Shown here: positions 39,001 through 59,031 of the stretch, one piece after another
How the letters are laid out: every line of letters begins with the position of its first letter
Position numbering within the stretch: position 1 is the first letter of the stretch
Assembly: GCA_963924565.1 (NCBI GenBank)
Contig: OZ004609.1
Span: forward strand, 20,522,001 to 20,586,000
DNA length: 64,000 bases
Source of the DNA: Ascidiella aspersa
Lineage: Eukaryota
Reading direction: 5' to 3'
Program-made: the position numbers and the translations under genes
Notes under the pieces: model-generated
Databases searched by the model: none
Seen by the model: only the letters and a program-made list of their open reading frames with translations
Told to the model about the DNA's origin: nothing

Positions 39001-42000
39001 ACAACTAATCAATTTAAAAGATGAAATTTTGCTTGCGACCAACATCAGTATCATGTTAGTACAAGTTTTGTAAAAATATATCACCCCGTGTTTAGTATTT
39101 TTTCCGGGCTACCCCCTTAAAAAACACGCCAATCGTAGGCTTGGCTCACATAATGTAAATCCGAACTTTCGCCAAATTTACAGAACATTTCGAAACCGCG
39201 ATGTTTTGTCAGAAAAGATGCGCGTACAACTGTGCCATAACGTAACGCAATAATCTGGCATACGTCAGACATAGCTGTAAAGGTGGAAATTATCTTAAGA
39301 AGAATTACCATTATATAGCACTACAGAAAAAAATATGAGCCTGTAAAAACATGTTTACTAAAAGGTAAAAAGGAGCAATTACATGTTTTCTTCATTCCAT
39401 TGTGTTTGTTCAGCAAAAAACAGCTATTTTTCTTATGCTTAAATATGCCTGGTAAATTAACGCCCAAAGAGTTAAAGAATCTAAAAGTATCTTTTGTAAC
39501 TGTCTAATGCGCCATACGTGGTTAATCTACTATATATGCATAAAGGCACGAAGTAAATGTAGCTAACCGCAACCTAATTTACATTGATAGTCATTTTTCA
39601 AGGCAAATTTAAACGCAAAATTAAATAGTAAAAGCACTTTTATGTTGCAACTTAAAATAATCTGGAACAACACCGAAAGCCATTGCAGACTCACCGAATC
39701 TGTCGATCAATGATGCAAACAGAGCAGGCTATAAAAACAACTAGCCTGCAGTGAGGTTCGAACTCACGACCTCCGGTCAAGCCGGGACCGTCGCTCCACC
39801 AACTGTGCTATGCAGGCCCAGAGAGGAGAGAGTCGAGAAACAACAAACCCGGAACAAGTACGAAAATATTTGTTTAACTATTTCCTGTTTTATCACAGAA
39901 ACTGTCGAAACAAATGCTGCCAAACATCCCTATGTAATGTAAGAGATCCCACCCTGACGTATAAACTTAGCACAAGTCACGCTAAACCCAACGGTGAGCC
40001 AGGTGAAATTACTACCGCTGCTGCCAGAGTTATTGTTGCGGTAACAACGACTCCAATGCCAGCAGCAACAACAGAGACCACAACAAAATCAGCGCTGATC
40101 ACAACCGTCGGAAATACAAACGTCGTAAACTACCAGAACCCGAAAACTTGTTATAGTGGATCGATTAGCTTTTTAGGGGAAACAATATCCGAGGTTCCCT
40201 GCAGGACGGCATGTTTAAGTAGCGAAGTAGACCTCAAAGGTTCTTCGTTTGGTAAGTTGGAAAAGTTATGTTTTCAAAAGAGTTTGATTTGTATAGGAGT
40301 ATGTTTTTGTCTGTCTTTGTAAAGTTCTTTGGTTAAATATTTAGACGTATGGGCTTATATCCGATATATTTGTAAACCATGACAAAACATCACTTTGCTC
40401 CAAGCAGGAAATTTATGTTTGTTGTTTGAGGCAACAAAACGTTATTGAGCAATTCTCAAACTTTTCGACCTGTTTATTTGCCTCCTTTGAATCCATGCTT
40501 AATATAGAACCCTTTAAAATTTAACAAAAAAAATATCAACAATTATAACCTTTCAAATGATTTATAAATTATCATTTTGAGAACCATGTTTTAGAGCAGT
40601 TTTCGTTTATTTATTTTGCTTTACTTGGTGCTAAAAAAAACATTTTAGAGTTATACACTGAAAATGTAAATACCTTTACATGCAGGAAACCCATTTTCGT
40701 TACACATGACGGTATTTGCGTGTGCCGATAACACGCAACAATGTGCAGATGACGACCAAATCTTCTGCAAATCTGTAAAACCTTTGTTGAAACAATTGGA
40801 CACGGGGATGTCCATAACAAACATTACTCTACAGTAAGAAATATGCATTAAGCAATACGGTTACTTTAGGCGTATTTTTTAGAGAGACATTAATGCAACA
40901 ATGTCAGGCCTGTGATAGACTATATTGTTTTCAGCCTTACGTCGGCGAGTTGTGAACTTAGAGGTTAAATCAGGAATACTAGTAATGTGGTCCATCAGTA
41001 AACGCAACAAAAATTGTATATGTAGTAATTAAATTACTATCGTATCGTGTTACACACGTGGTGTTTTTACAAAGGTTGTTTTGTTAAGAAACGATACAAA
41101 AGCCATTTTTGGTCGCTGAACGTGTAGCGCTTTAATCGGCACAGTCCTATTCGACAAAACTAATCAGAATTAAGTTTGGCGTTCGCGGGTTGGACAGTTT
41201 TCAGAGATTAAATCGCTCAAATTTAGATGTTTTTTAAATATTTTAGCTTTAAAATTTATTGCAAGCCTAAAACGAGATGCATAAGTTTTTTTTTACAAAT
41301 TCTCCCACAGAAAGATTGTAAAAATGTTTTTCTTGTAAAAATTTGTTTTAACAGAAATTGCAAAATATCATGCTGTTCCACGTCCCTGTGCAACGTAAAA
41401 GACCCCTTTACTAGCTATCAATTGTATTTCGACGTGAGTGGTGTAAACAGCGGCAGTGTTAACTCAGTAACAAGTACTGTCAGTTCAAGAGCAATAACTG
41501 CAACGAGTGCAGGAAGTTCGGGAAAATCATTAACCAGGTGTTACAGTGGTGCGGTAAATTTTGCCACAGAAAAAATTCAATCGGTCAAATGCACCACGGC
41601 CTGTCTGACAAGCGAACAAGACGTACATTTCAACACTGGGTCAGGTATAAGGCCTATTCTTGTGTCACTAATTCGCCAGTGCAAAACCGTTTTTTACTGT
41701 ATACTTGAATAAAAATCTTTTACATTTTTTGTTTGACCATTTCATAGAAATTTACCTGATAAAATCACACCAAATTGCACCTTGTTTTTAATGTTTTTAA
41801 TGCATTATTGTTATTTTTAAACAGGAACACCGATTTCCTTTAAACAGATGACTTTTGCTTGCGCCCCAAGTCTCAGTGTTTGTATTGGTCAATCATTTTG
41901 TAGATTATTTGGAAATTCTTTACAAAATTTGGATATCTCTTCTTCTGTTCGTGACTTAGAAATTCGGTAAGTTAACTCTCGGTAAATCCCATTTCATTGT

Positions 42001-43585
42001 GAGAATAAAGGTCTGTAACAAACAAAATATTTTCGTAAAAAAATAAATATTTGGTTTTATAAACAAGGATAGACATTTTTATTGCAATGAACAAACGGTA
42101 AATCAAAACTTACAGTTGTCAATAATTTTAACTTCGTACGTGCGCACTCCACCAGTGAACAGTGTGTGACTGCTAGTTTTGGCATGAAAATGTCATTAAA
42201 TAACACATTCTAAGTACACCAAACTGATCTTTGTTGGTTGGAACATCAATTACCGTATTTTTGCAACCAAAACTGTTTGTTTCCTATAGAAATTGCAGGA
42301 CCAAATGTTGTACCACCACTCACTGCAATGCCAAGGACCCATCCGCAAAGTTTGAATTAAATTCTATACCGTCTTCTGGAGGCGTTGACACTGGTCTCGA
42401 TTTTTCTACAACAACTTCGCTTGCCATGAAAACAACTACAGCTGCGACAACTGTGACAACAACTGTGACAACACCTGTGGCAACAACTTTGGCAACTAGA
42501 TACAACAATAACGCTAAACCGATAGTATGTTACAGTGGAATAGCCAATTTCGACACAATAACGCGAAAGCCGGTCAATTGTACCACTGCCTGTTTGACCA
42601 ACGAGGTGGATGTGGATGTTGTCGCACAGGGTAAATCTCTGCCACCTGATTTTGACATTACGTTACATTATAATATTATGTTACTTTTTTGTTTTAGCTT
42701 TTTAGAGAAACACGTAATTTAATTACTAATATGAACTATAAATTAAATTCATTTCAGAAGCATCCTTTTCCTTCCACCAGTCTACATACTCTTGCGCGAC
42801 AAGCCTTGCAGATTGTTATGTCAGCCGTTTGTGCGATGCAGTTGCAAGTGATGTAAGAGGAATGGACCTTGGATTGACTGTGTCTAGCATTAAAACTCAG
42901 TAAGCTGTTTATAAATTATATTATTTGAGAAAATTAGGTGTCAACAAACCCAATATACTAAATTTGATCACTGTGGAATATGGGCACCGAAATTTACAAT
43001 TGCCACTTTGTCACTTATTTATCACTTTCATAACCAATGTTTTTAGAAAAAGTAACAAAATAAACTTTTCAATACCAATTTTGTTATCTCAGAGGAAAAC
43101 GACATTGGCCATCCCACATATAACAATCATTGTTTCGGCCGTTGGCCTTTGGTAATTTGCCTATATTTATTAAGTTACAATGTCAATGATATCTGTCTTT
43201 ATACGGGGCTCAAATGGAACCTTCTGAATTAGCGACTCACATACTGAGCTTTTTCGTGAGCAGCATCATAACTTGCTCCGCTTATAGTTTGAACCTAATT
43301 GTTCGTTATAACTACTGTAAAACTGGGACGCGCTTCAACCGAACAAACACTGTACGGTAGGCCTACTAACAAACTAACTCGAGCCCCTCAGTAGACTCAA
43401 AAAAGAAAAGGCAACCAATAGATAAAACGCTTATAATTCTCTGCACCAGTTTTCCCAATGCCAGTGCGCAGTGCCAATAAACTATATACTATTTTTACAG
43501 AAATTGCAATACCAAGTGTTGCAACTCTTCCTACTGCAACAGTAAATCATCAACAAATGACTATGAACTGGTAATGAACCCTTAA
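33088..43585 (+). CDS. Gene B: secreted protein with 8 tandem 10-Cys Ly6/uPAR (three-finger)-like domains and Thr-rich mucin-like linkers, ~1193 aa
   Basis: 17 exons: 33088-33265, 33446-33581, 33780-34075, 34706-34844, 34952-35259, 35975-36104, 36753-37054, 37923-38052, 38420-38742, 38916-39054, 39899-40251, 40686-40833, 41355-41644, 41825-41966, 42290-42630, 42758-42899, 43501-43585. Sum is 3582 nt with alternating phase 1/2 introns, one with a GC donor. Signal peptide MHYFLYVVALLLSSIECSLA. Ends NCNTKCCNSSYCNSKSSTNDYELVMNP* with no hydrophobic tail. AATAAA at 43792-43797. Confidence 0.9.
36242..36577. mobile_element. hAT-type MITE in intron 6 of gene B
   Basis: TIRs CAGGGGTTCTT / AAGAACCCCTG; 8-bp TSD CCTTACCA (36234-36241, 36578-36585). 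Confidence 0.9.
39665..39817 (-). mobile_element. tRNA-derived SINE-like element (tRNA-like head 39744-39817)
   Basis: Minus strand GCCTGCA-TAGCACAGTTGG (A box)...GTGAG-TTCGAAC-CTCAC (B box/T arm)-TGCAGGC with a perfect acceptor stem but an aberrant anticodon loop. The adjacent body is shared with a second copy at ~56665-56765. Confidence 0.75.
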
Positions 43586-46341
43586 ACGGATGACACCAGC
43601 GTCAAAAACTTCATTTCAATCTCTTCGCTAAAACAAAAATAGTTAAAATGAAAAATTCTGTACATTACATTCATGAAGTTCATGCAGTTTACGTGATTGC
43701 TATTGTAAATTGCTTGTTATTTTTGTCAAACACGATATACATAAATACGTTTGTGTCCTTATAAAAAGTTCGGTTATTTCTTAGAGAATGAAATAAAGTA
43801 AACTCTTTGCTGCTTTAAGGTTTTCCGGAAGTGGTTGTGGTTTTATAGAACACTGAACAACTTTTTTCGACCTAAATATGGAATACCGATACCACCATAA
43901 AAATGATTTGACGCAAAATCCAATCAGGCCGCTGTAAATCATCAAAAAATATTGGTTATTTGGTACCGGACAGTTATATTTGGTACCGGACAGTTATAAA
44001 AAATGTGGCTTCGTTGCAAATCCTTTTGGAGGGGAATCAAATATTTGTGTTACCTTGTTTGGGGTTATTGATGTTAAAATTATTAGGGAAGTTGGTAATG
44101 TACTTAGGGTTGGGGTTCGGCTTTAGGTGAAGTGTTGTATAGGCCAGATTCTGGTCATTCGGTGACAAAAGAACCATGAAGACCACGACACACTCACGCA
44201 TTTCTTTGCGTGTCCTACACATTTTTACCTGAAATAAATTTTTCGATTATATTCAATGATCAACTCCTAAAGATTTTAGTTTAACAAAATCGCACAATAT
44301 TTACTGAGGAAAAGTTACTAAGTAAGGTAATCAACCAAACACAACAAATCATGCGTGCGTCTTGATTGCGTAATTAGCTGTTTGATGATGTGCTTAACTA
44401 AGTCACATATCCGTATCCCACTTTAACGGTATTGCATTACACCAGCTCCCGCAAAATTATACGATCATTTGAAAAGTCTTTTTGTGCAACTTTGTAGGAA
44501 AAAACACATAGTTTGAGAAAGGTGTGGCCTCGTGCTACACTCGATCCGCCTCTCATGGTTATTGACAAAAACAATGTTTTAAACCTTTGGCATTTTTTAT
44601 TAATTCAGTCGCTCTTTGTGTGCCACCTTAAAACTGGCTTAAGGAACCGAAACCACCTAAAGGCAATTCAAATTCTCACTTTCCGGTTTAGTACCGCGAA
44701 ATTTGCTGCAGGGTATTATTGCTACAAATTTTACTTCAGTGTCGTAACTTGGGTGTTTCCTACATGTGCTTATCATGGGGTCTATTGCACTATTGCCTGG
44801 AAGATAAAGCTTTGCCAAAATAACAGTGGTTATCATCATAAGACCCTCCCAGAAGGCAATATGGTCAACGGCGGATTTTTATATTATTATTTAATCAAAG
44901 TTTTAGTTTATGTGATCCATTCGCCGTAACATTCAATACATAAAAATGAGTAATTTGTTTTTAGTCCTGCATTGCACTTTTACACTGGGTTAGGCTATTT
45001 GTTAAGTAAAGTATTTCACAAAGTTATTTTGTTGGTATTCCCAACATTTGGTTTATTTTGTGTTAATTGCAATAAACCAGCATTTGTTTAGCCCTTATGA
45101 TATCTGTTAGGAATGGATCTGTTTACTTGAACGATAAAATAGCCAACCGTAAATATTGACCTATTTTGGCATGTATGCCGGTATGTACAAAGATTTTTTT
45201 GTCCTGTGCGCAAATTTTGTTTGACTTTCGATTGATTTTACACCAGCCCTGTTCAACTTAAAATGATAGCAGGGCCGAAACAAGCAAAATCAATTACGCG
45301 GGCGGCATACTAAAATTGAATGACAATTTTTATGGGATGACGATACAAAGTAACATGACATCATAAAACATTAATCTTAAAAACAACAGTTATTGTCGAG
45401 CGACCTCGTGCGTGAGTTTGCAAGTGAAATGCAGTCTAATCGCGCGAAGAGGGAAAGAAACTGCGTTTATTAGGTTTAAACTACTCGTACCTTGTGCAAG
45501 TCTGATTTAGACCAGTGTTTGGCGTAATGAAACATTTTGATGATTTGGCTAAAAGCTGAGGACCACCTAACCAAGCCAAATCATAAAATAGATTAAGTTT
45601 AGGGTAAGTCGTCGTTTTAATAAACAGCAGGTAAAGTCACACCAATCAAACAAAAATAAATTCTTAAAGGATACCATTTTCCCTTGGCAGAGCAAGCGTA
45701 ATTTAACTAAACACATGCTAGAGAAACTGTTCTTCGTGTAAAAAGCTGAAAGAAACGAGACACCTTGGCAATTTTTTTTAAATCCAACAATATCTTGTAG
45801 CGCAGTTTTTGGAAATTACAATAAATTAAGCGTCGAAGCTACGTATGTGGGTAATTTATTTTTCATTAAAGCGTTAATCTTGCGCATGGAAAGTTCATAG
45901 ACCACTCTGTTGATTCCCGGTCGAGAAACACTGATTTAGGCCGTTAAGAATAATTTGTATTCTATGTATATCGGAGATACTTTCATCAATTTACTGCTTT
46001 TTTTGTTTGCAAGATCGAAACATTTTGTTCTTTGGTAAAATTGGTTTTAGCAAATCACATATTTGTATAAATCACATATTTGTATAATTCTTGTACTTTT
46101 GTATTCAAGACGCCGGTGACAACATATTCGACAAAAAACAGAAAACCTTACGACCAACAAAACTGTCGACAGTGTGACGCTAAAGGGCATAAATAAAAAA
46201 GGGAAGAAAATATAAAGGATAGAGAGTTAGAGTTTAGACAAAGACAGGCGAGGAATAAAATTATTTGCGTCTTCCTAATTCCCAGTTTGCGACAAAAAAA
46301 CACCCAGACATGCATTAGAACGAAAACACACTTAATCCGTC

Positions 46342-54191
<7,850 letters not shown>

Positions 54192-55953
54192 CAGGTTGTA
54201 GATGCTTGCTTCTCAGATGTAAATCTGTTCTTACTTAGGACACTTAGGTTTTTCGAGCATTACATACGGTAGTTATTTATTTAAACAAACAGTACCAAAA
54301 CAACAGTACACAAAACACACAAACTGTGGCTAATCTGCAACGATATATTATTTATATACCAAGACCATAAATAGAACAACAATAGGCAGTAAGTTGGATA
54401 AATGATTTGCTTTAAAGTAGAGCCTGCCAAATATGACATTTATAATTCGAGCATTCTACAGGCTACACCAAACAACTTGTAACAATTCTGGAGAATTTTC
54501 GGCGTTGGTCTAAAATCCTACCACAGATAACAAACCAATGGTGAAGTTACCTCAAAAATCTAAACTTACCTTGCTTTTATTGTTTCGTTTAAAATTAAAA
54601 TTGTGGTAATTATTACTGCCAAAGGGCCAGATGAACCAGTAAGTGTCCGGCAACATATTGCAAACTATACTAACATAAGCACTTCTTCAAATAAATAAAA
54701 GGTTGAGGATTTGAGGTTCACATACTTGTCTTTAAGCGACAAGGAGGTTTTTAGCCTCCTACAATTAGTGGAACATCAAGGTGGGATTATTAGCAGCTAG
54801 TAGCCGATTTACCATTTAATATACTTTAAACAAGCGACAAAAGCACAATCTGCTAGCACAACACAACAACATTCTAAAACCTATGCTTGTGACAACAGGT
54901 TCAGAGTTTACAAGGCATTTTGTAACTGAGAGCGAGCAACGAAGAAAGAGAAAGTAATGATGCTGATGCAACGCCAAACGATTTTTATCAAAACGTGACG
55001 TAAGTGGTCAAATTTAAATTTGTGTTCTTGACTCTTGCAGCAATAGGCTTCTAGCAAATATTTTCGAAGTTGCGCCACAGACTCTCATTCACTATGGTGT
55101 TCAATCAAGCGTAACTGACTAAATACGTCACCGGTATACATAGAAAACTCAATTTATTGGTATTAGATGAATCAAAGAGAATCTCTTTGCATTGTTAGAT
55201 CATATTATTATTATGGAAAGGGTCGGATTCAAGGAGGCCAGTCCATGGCCCCTTCCAAACCATTTTTTCGTGAAATTTTGTCCATTTTTATGTGTTATTG
55301 TCTGTTTCAAGAACTTCATTCCGCCCAAAGGTGCTAACCATACTGCGACAGGTTGCGCCTTTTTCTTGCGCCTTGTAGCAATTTATTTTTAAATCAGAGC
55401 CGAGCTTCACAATTGCTGTGACAAAAAAGGTTGCCAAGTGTGCCACGGACTCAAGAAAACAAAATATTAAAAATTTAAAACATGTTTTTGTTTTACTTTT
55501 AAATAGATGTTAGCTCCTTGAGTACCGGTAAATAAATGTGTGCAACTATGAAGACTGTGTATTAAAACCTATTAAGAAGTCCAAGAAAAATAACTGTACA
55601 CTGCAAAAACATGCCACCACGTTTTTAGAGGAATACAAGTGCGCCCTGAGGTTAAAATGTTAAGGAGCACCAAAAACTCGAAACGCCTTTAATATCGAGC
55701 AATATGCAAATGTACTGAAGGCGTCACGTTTATCTTAAATTAAAGCTTTAATATAAATTTACTGTCCGATTTAACCACAATTAACATGTCCTTCCGATTT
55801 AGGTTAAATCGTACAGTTTCGTATTTAAATCGGAAAGTAATGTTGTCTTATTTACGTTAAATCAGAAAATAACTTTGCTCCTTTAAATTAAATCGGAAAG
55901 TTTATTTGTCCCTCTAAATTAAACCGAAAAGTATATTCCGACAAAAAAGAACG

Positions 55954-56270
55954 CAGGGGTTCTTAAACTTTTTTTCAACGCGGACCACTTAAACAATTTT
56001 TTAGTTCGGGTTGAACCAGGGTCGTCATAGCATTTCTAGTGATGACGTAACAAATATACGTCATAAAACGAGTAGACTTAAGAAACCTGCTGTTTTTAGT
56101 CTAACAAGTATAAAACTTAACGAACGTCTAAGTACATTTAAGGAGAAGGCGCCAAAGCAATTTTTTCAATATATAATTTTCTATCATAAAATTCACTTCT
56201 TTTTCAAGTTATAGGCCTACTCCAAGATTTTAATCAGGCCTTCATTGACCCCCCTTAAACTAGTCCAACA
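55954..56270. mobile_element. Truncated copy of the CAGGGGTTCTT hAT-MITE family
   Basis: Begins CAGGGGTTCTTAAACTTTTTTTCAACGCGGACC like 36242, and ends with AGGCCTTCAT..GACCCC..AAACTAG; right TIR missing. Confidence 0.6.
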
Positions 56271-56404
56271 GGTCAGAAACTAGACAAAACAAATCATCTT
56301 CTAAATTTATTACTATATAAGCAATTTTATAATATTTTTTAGGGGTCCTCATAAAAGTATTTCCAAACTAAAATTCCTAATCATACACTAACCTAAATTG
56401 GATA

Positions 56405-57505
56405 ACGTCTAATTCGAAATGTAATGCTGTCTGATTTAGGTTACAAGAAAATTATTTGCTTCTTTAATTTAAATGTGAAAGTTTATTTGTTTTCCTAAAA
56501 AAAATTAAATCGAAAAGAATTACATTTCTGTATAACTTTAACGCAAGTGGTATAGGGCGTATCACAATTAGTCAATTTTAATTTCTGTCTTAAGTTGAAA
56601 CAAACTAAACCCGGTTTGTGTTTAGGCGTGTGTTCCTTATTCAATGGAAGATTGGATTTAGTACACCGAAAAGCCATCGCAGACTCGCCGAATCTGTCGA
56701 TCTACGATGCAAGCAGAGCAAGCCAGAAAAACAACTGGCCTGCAGTGAGGTTCGAACTCACGACCAGATTCGGCGAGTCTGCGATGGCTTTTCGGTGTAC
56801 TATTGATACGGAAGCCGTAATCGTTGGTCATAAAGCAACTTCCGAGGGGCTAAATCACAGATGCTATTAAACACATATGTTTGTGTGTGTCTTTCAAAGA
56901 TTGGATTTATTACGCATTTTTTTAGCAATCTGCATTTTTAGGTTGTTAAAAATACACTGTTATTCGATCTGGAAGCCCTAACATTTTTGATAAATAGTGT
57001 TCTTATAATTTCTCAGACTTCAGGTGAGCACAGTGAGAAAAAGTTGAGATATGTTTCAATATATTGTATTTGTGTTTTTTTGGTTTGCTTTTACTGGTTA
57101 CAGGTTTGCATTTCTCAGTGTTAAGAAGCTCTAACCTGAAGTCTGAAAAATTACAAGAACACTATTTATCAAAAAAGTTAGGGCCTCCAGATCGAATAAC
57201 AGTATGTATTTTAACAGCTTAAAAAAGGCAGATAGCTAAAAAATTGCGTAACAAAGCCAATCTTGAAATGAATGAGGAAGACATGCCTAAACACAAACCA
57301 GGTGTATTTCAATTAAGACAGAAATTAAATTTGACTAATTTTGATACGCCCTATACCACTTGCGTTAAAGTTATACAGAAATGTAATTCTTTTCGATTTA
57401 ATTTTTTTAGGAAAACAAATAAATTTTCACATTTAAATTAAAGGAACAAATCATTTTCTTGTAAACTACATCAGACAACATTACATTTCGAATTAGATGT
57501 TGTCC
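56405..57505. repeat. Long inverted repeat (foldback) with an insertion in the left arm
   Basis: ~56405-56650 plus ~56895-57025 pair with ~57135-57505; the ORF track shows the same peptide DTPYTTCVKVIQKCNSFRFNFF on opposite strands. Flanked by TCCGATTT/AAATCGGA short repeat arrays (~55765-55930, ~57500-57605). Confidence 0.85.
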
Positions 57506-58083
57506 GATTTAGGTTAAATCAGACAGTTAGTTTGTTTGATTTAACTGTTGTCCTATATTTACCTCAAATCGGACAAAATTACACTCCGATTTGAGCTAAG
57601 TCGGACAAAAAAGCTGTTCGTACAAACGAATTAGTTTTTTGTTTTGCGAATGGCGCTCCACACTTGAATGTATTTAAACAAGGATTTGCAGCATATTTGT
57701 GCAACTGTTTTATTACGATATTTATGGAGTTTGTCGAACGAAAACTACAGATTTTTTATTTTCAAGTTATTTTTATTTAAAGGGACCGAGAAATTATAAA
57801 CTGGGTTAGAAAAGCAACGCTCAAAAAGCATCAACTTATCAACGACGTATGAGTCGTAGTATAGCCTGATGTTATCCCGATCGACACCGTAAAGTTTAAC
57901 AATAAAAAAAAAGATTAACTTAGTTGTACTCCAATTGAAATTATTTTTAAACATCAGTTAAATAACGTCATTTTTGATACATTTTCTTCGCGCTTTTATC
58001 GAGGGCATTTTTCGTGTTTTGGCGTCATTGGAACCTTGATCCTTACAGCGAATTTATTTTTATGCATTTAAATCCTCTTACAG

Positions 58084-58289
58084 CAGGGTTCTTAAACTGT
58101 TTTTAACACGAACCTCTTTTTTTGCTTCGAGTGGACTACGGTAGGCAAGAAAATTGCAAAAATAAAAATAGAGTTTAAATACAGTCAGCGCAAGACCGCT
58201 TTATGTTGATTAAACTGTATTCTTTGAAAAATGGATTACTTCTTCATATACACTAATATTTCAATTAGGCCCGAGTTTAAGAACCCCTG
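58084..58289. mobile_element. Internally deleted hAT-type MITE (same family as 36242-36577)
   Basis: CAGGGTTCTTAAACT...AGTTTAAGAACCCCTG; 8-bp TSD TCTTACAG (58076-58083, 58290-58297). Confidence 0.85.
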
Positions 58290-59031
58290 TCTTACAGCAT
58301 AATAGTTGCCTGTTTTATGACATCACGGTATATGATGTGAATCAATTTGGTAGCGCTCTTTCCAGACTTACACGCCCCCTAAAACCTTATATTCGCCGAT
58401 GACATCAGCAGGAATAAAACATTTTTCATATTGCGTTGGCAATTTTTTTGAGTTTTATTGCTTTTAAAAGCGCCAAGAATCCGTCATTTGCTGAATCATC
58501 TTTGTTTAAATACTATCTACCTTTAGTAATAGGTATCACGAGTGTATTAGGTTATTTTAGTAAATTTAGTTCGTTTATTTCAAGCTATTTAGAAATATTA
58601 AAACACAAGTGGCCATTGATGTTTTGTTTAAAAAATGCATGCCCCAGGCAGGTAATGCTGTCCGAGAAAGTAGCCTAGTGATTTTAGAGTGTTTCTTGTT
58701 TGGTCATTCTTAAAACGCGGTATCAAGTCAAGCAATGTCATTTAAGTGGGATCAGCGAGATCTATAGGCTACGAAGCACTTGCAGTGTAAACAAATAGTC
58801 AACAACCTTTAGCACCAGACAGCTGTTCTACGCTAAATGCATCTGCTGAAATTGCGAGGTTAGCTGGCAATAACGTCAAAGCGCCCAATTCAAAACGAAT
58901 AAGTATGCTTTGTATTATAAAACGGAGAATATAGTTTAAAAAGAGGTCAAAATAGGTCAAAGGCGTGATTATCTGACTGTTGTGGATTTGTGGAGCTATA
59001 CTAAAATTGTTTTGAAAGTTTGCTAACAGTA

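Noticed and set aside
39744-39817. Functional tRNA gene
   Set aside because: Aberrant anticodon loop and D stem, and the flanking body is repeated at ~56.7 kb, so a SINE is more likely.
22522-42508. Val/Ala-rich hydrophobic ORFs (22522-22794, 24115-24402, 26529-26762, 34841-35128, 42320-42508) resembling membrane proteins
   Set aside because: They are antisense shadows of the Thr-rich (ACN codon) linkers of genes A and B.
43501-43585. GPI anchor or further exons after the last domain of gene B (a GTAATG occurs at 43571)
   Set aside because: An in-frame stop follows within 15 nt, AATAAA lies about 200 nt downstream, and I found no hydrophobic tail exon. It cannot be fully excluded without transcripts.
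55765-57610. CRISPR-like array (also 48090-48250 and 19770-19885)
   Set aside because: Eukaryotic context, degenerate and irregularly spaced units, no unique spacers or cas genes; these are transposon subterminal repeats.
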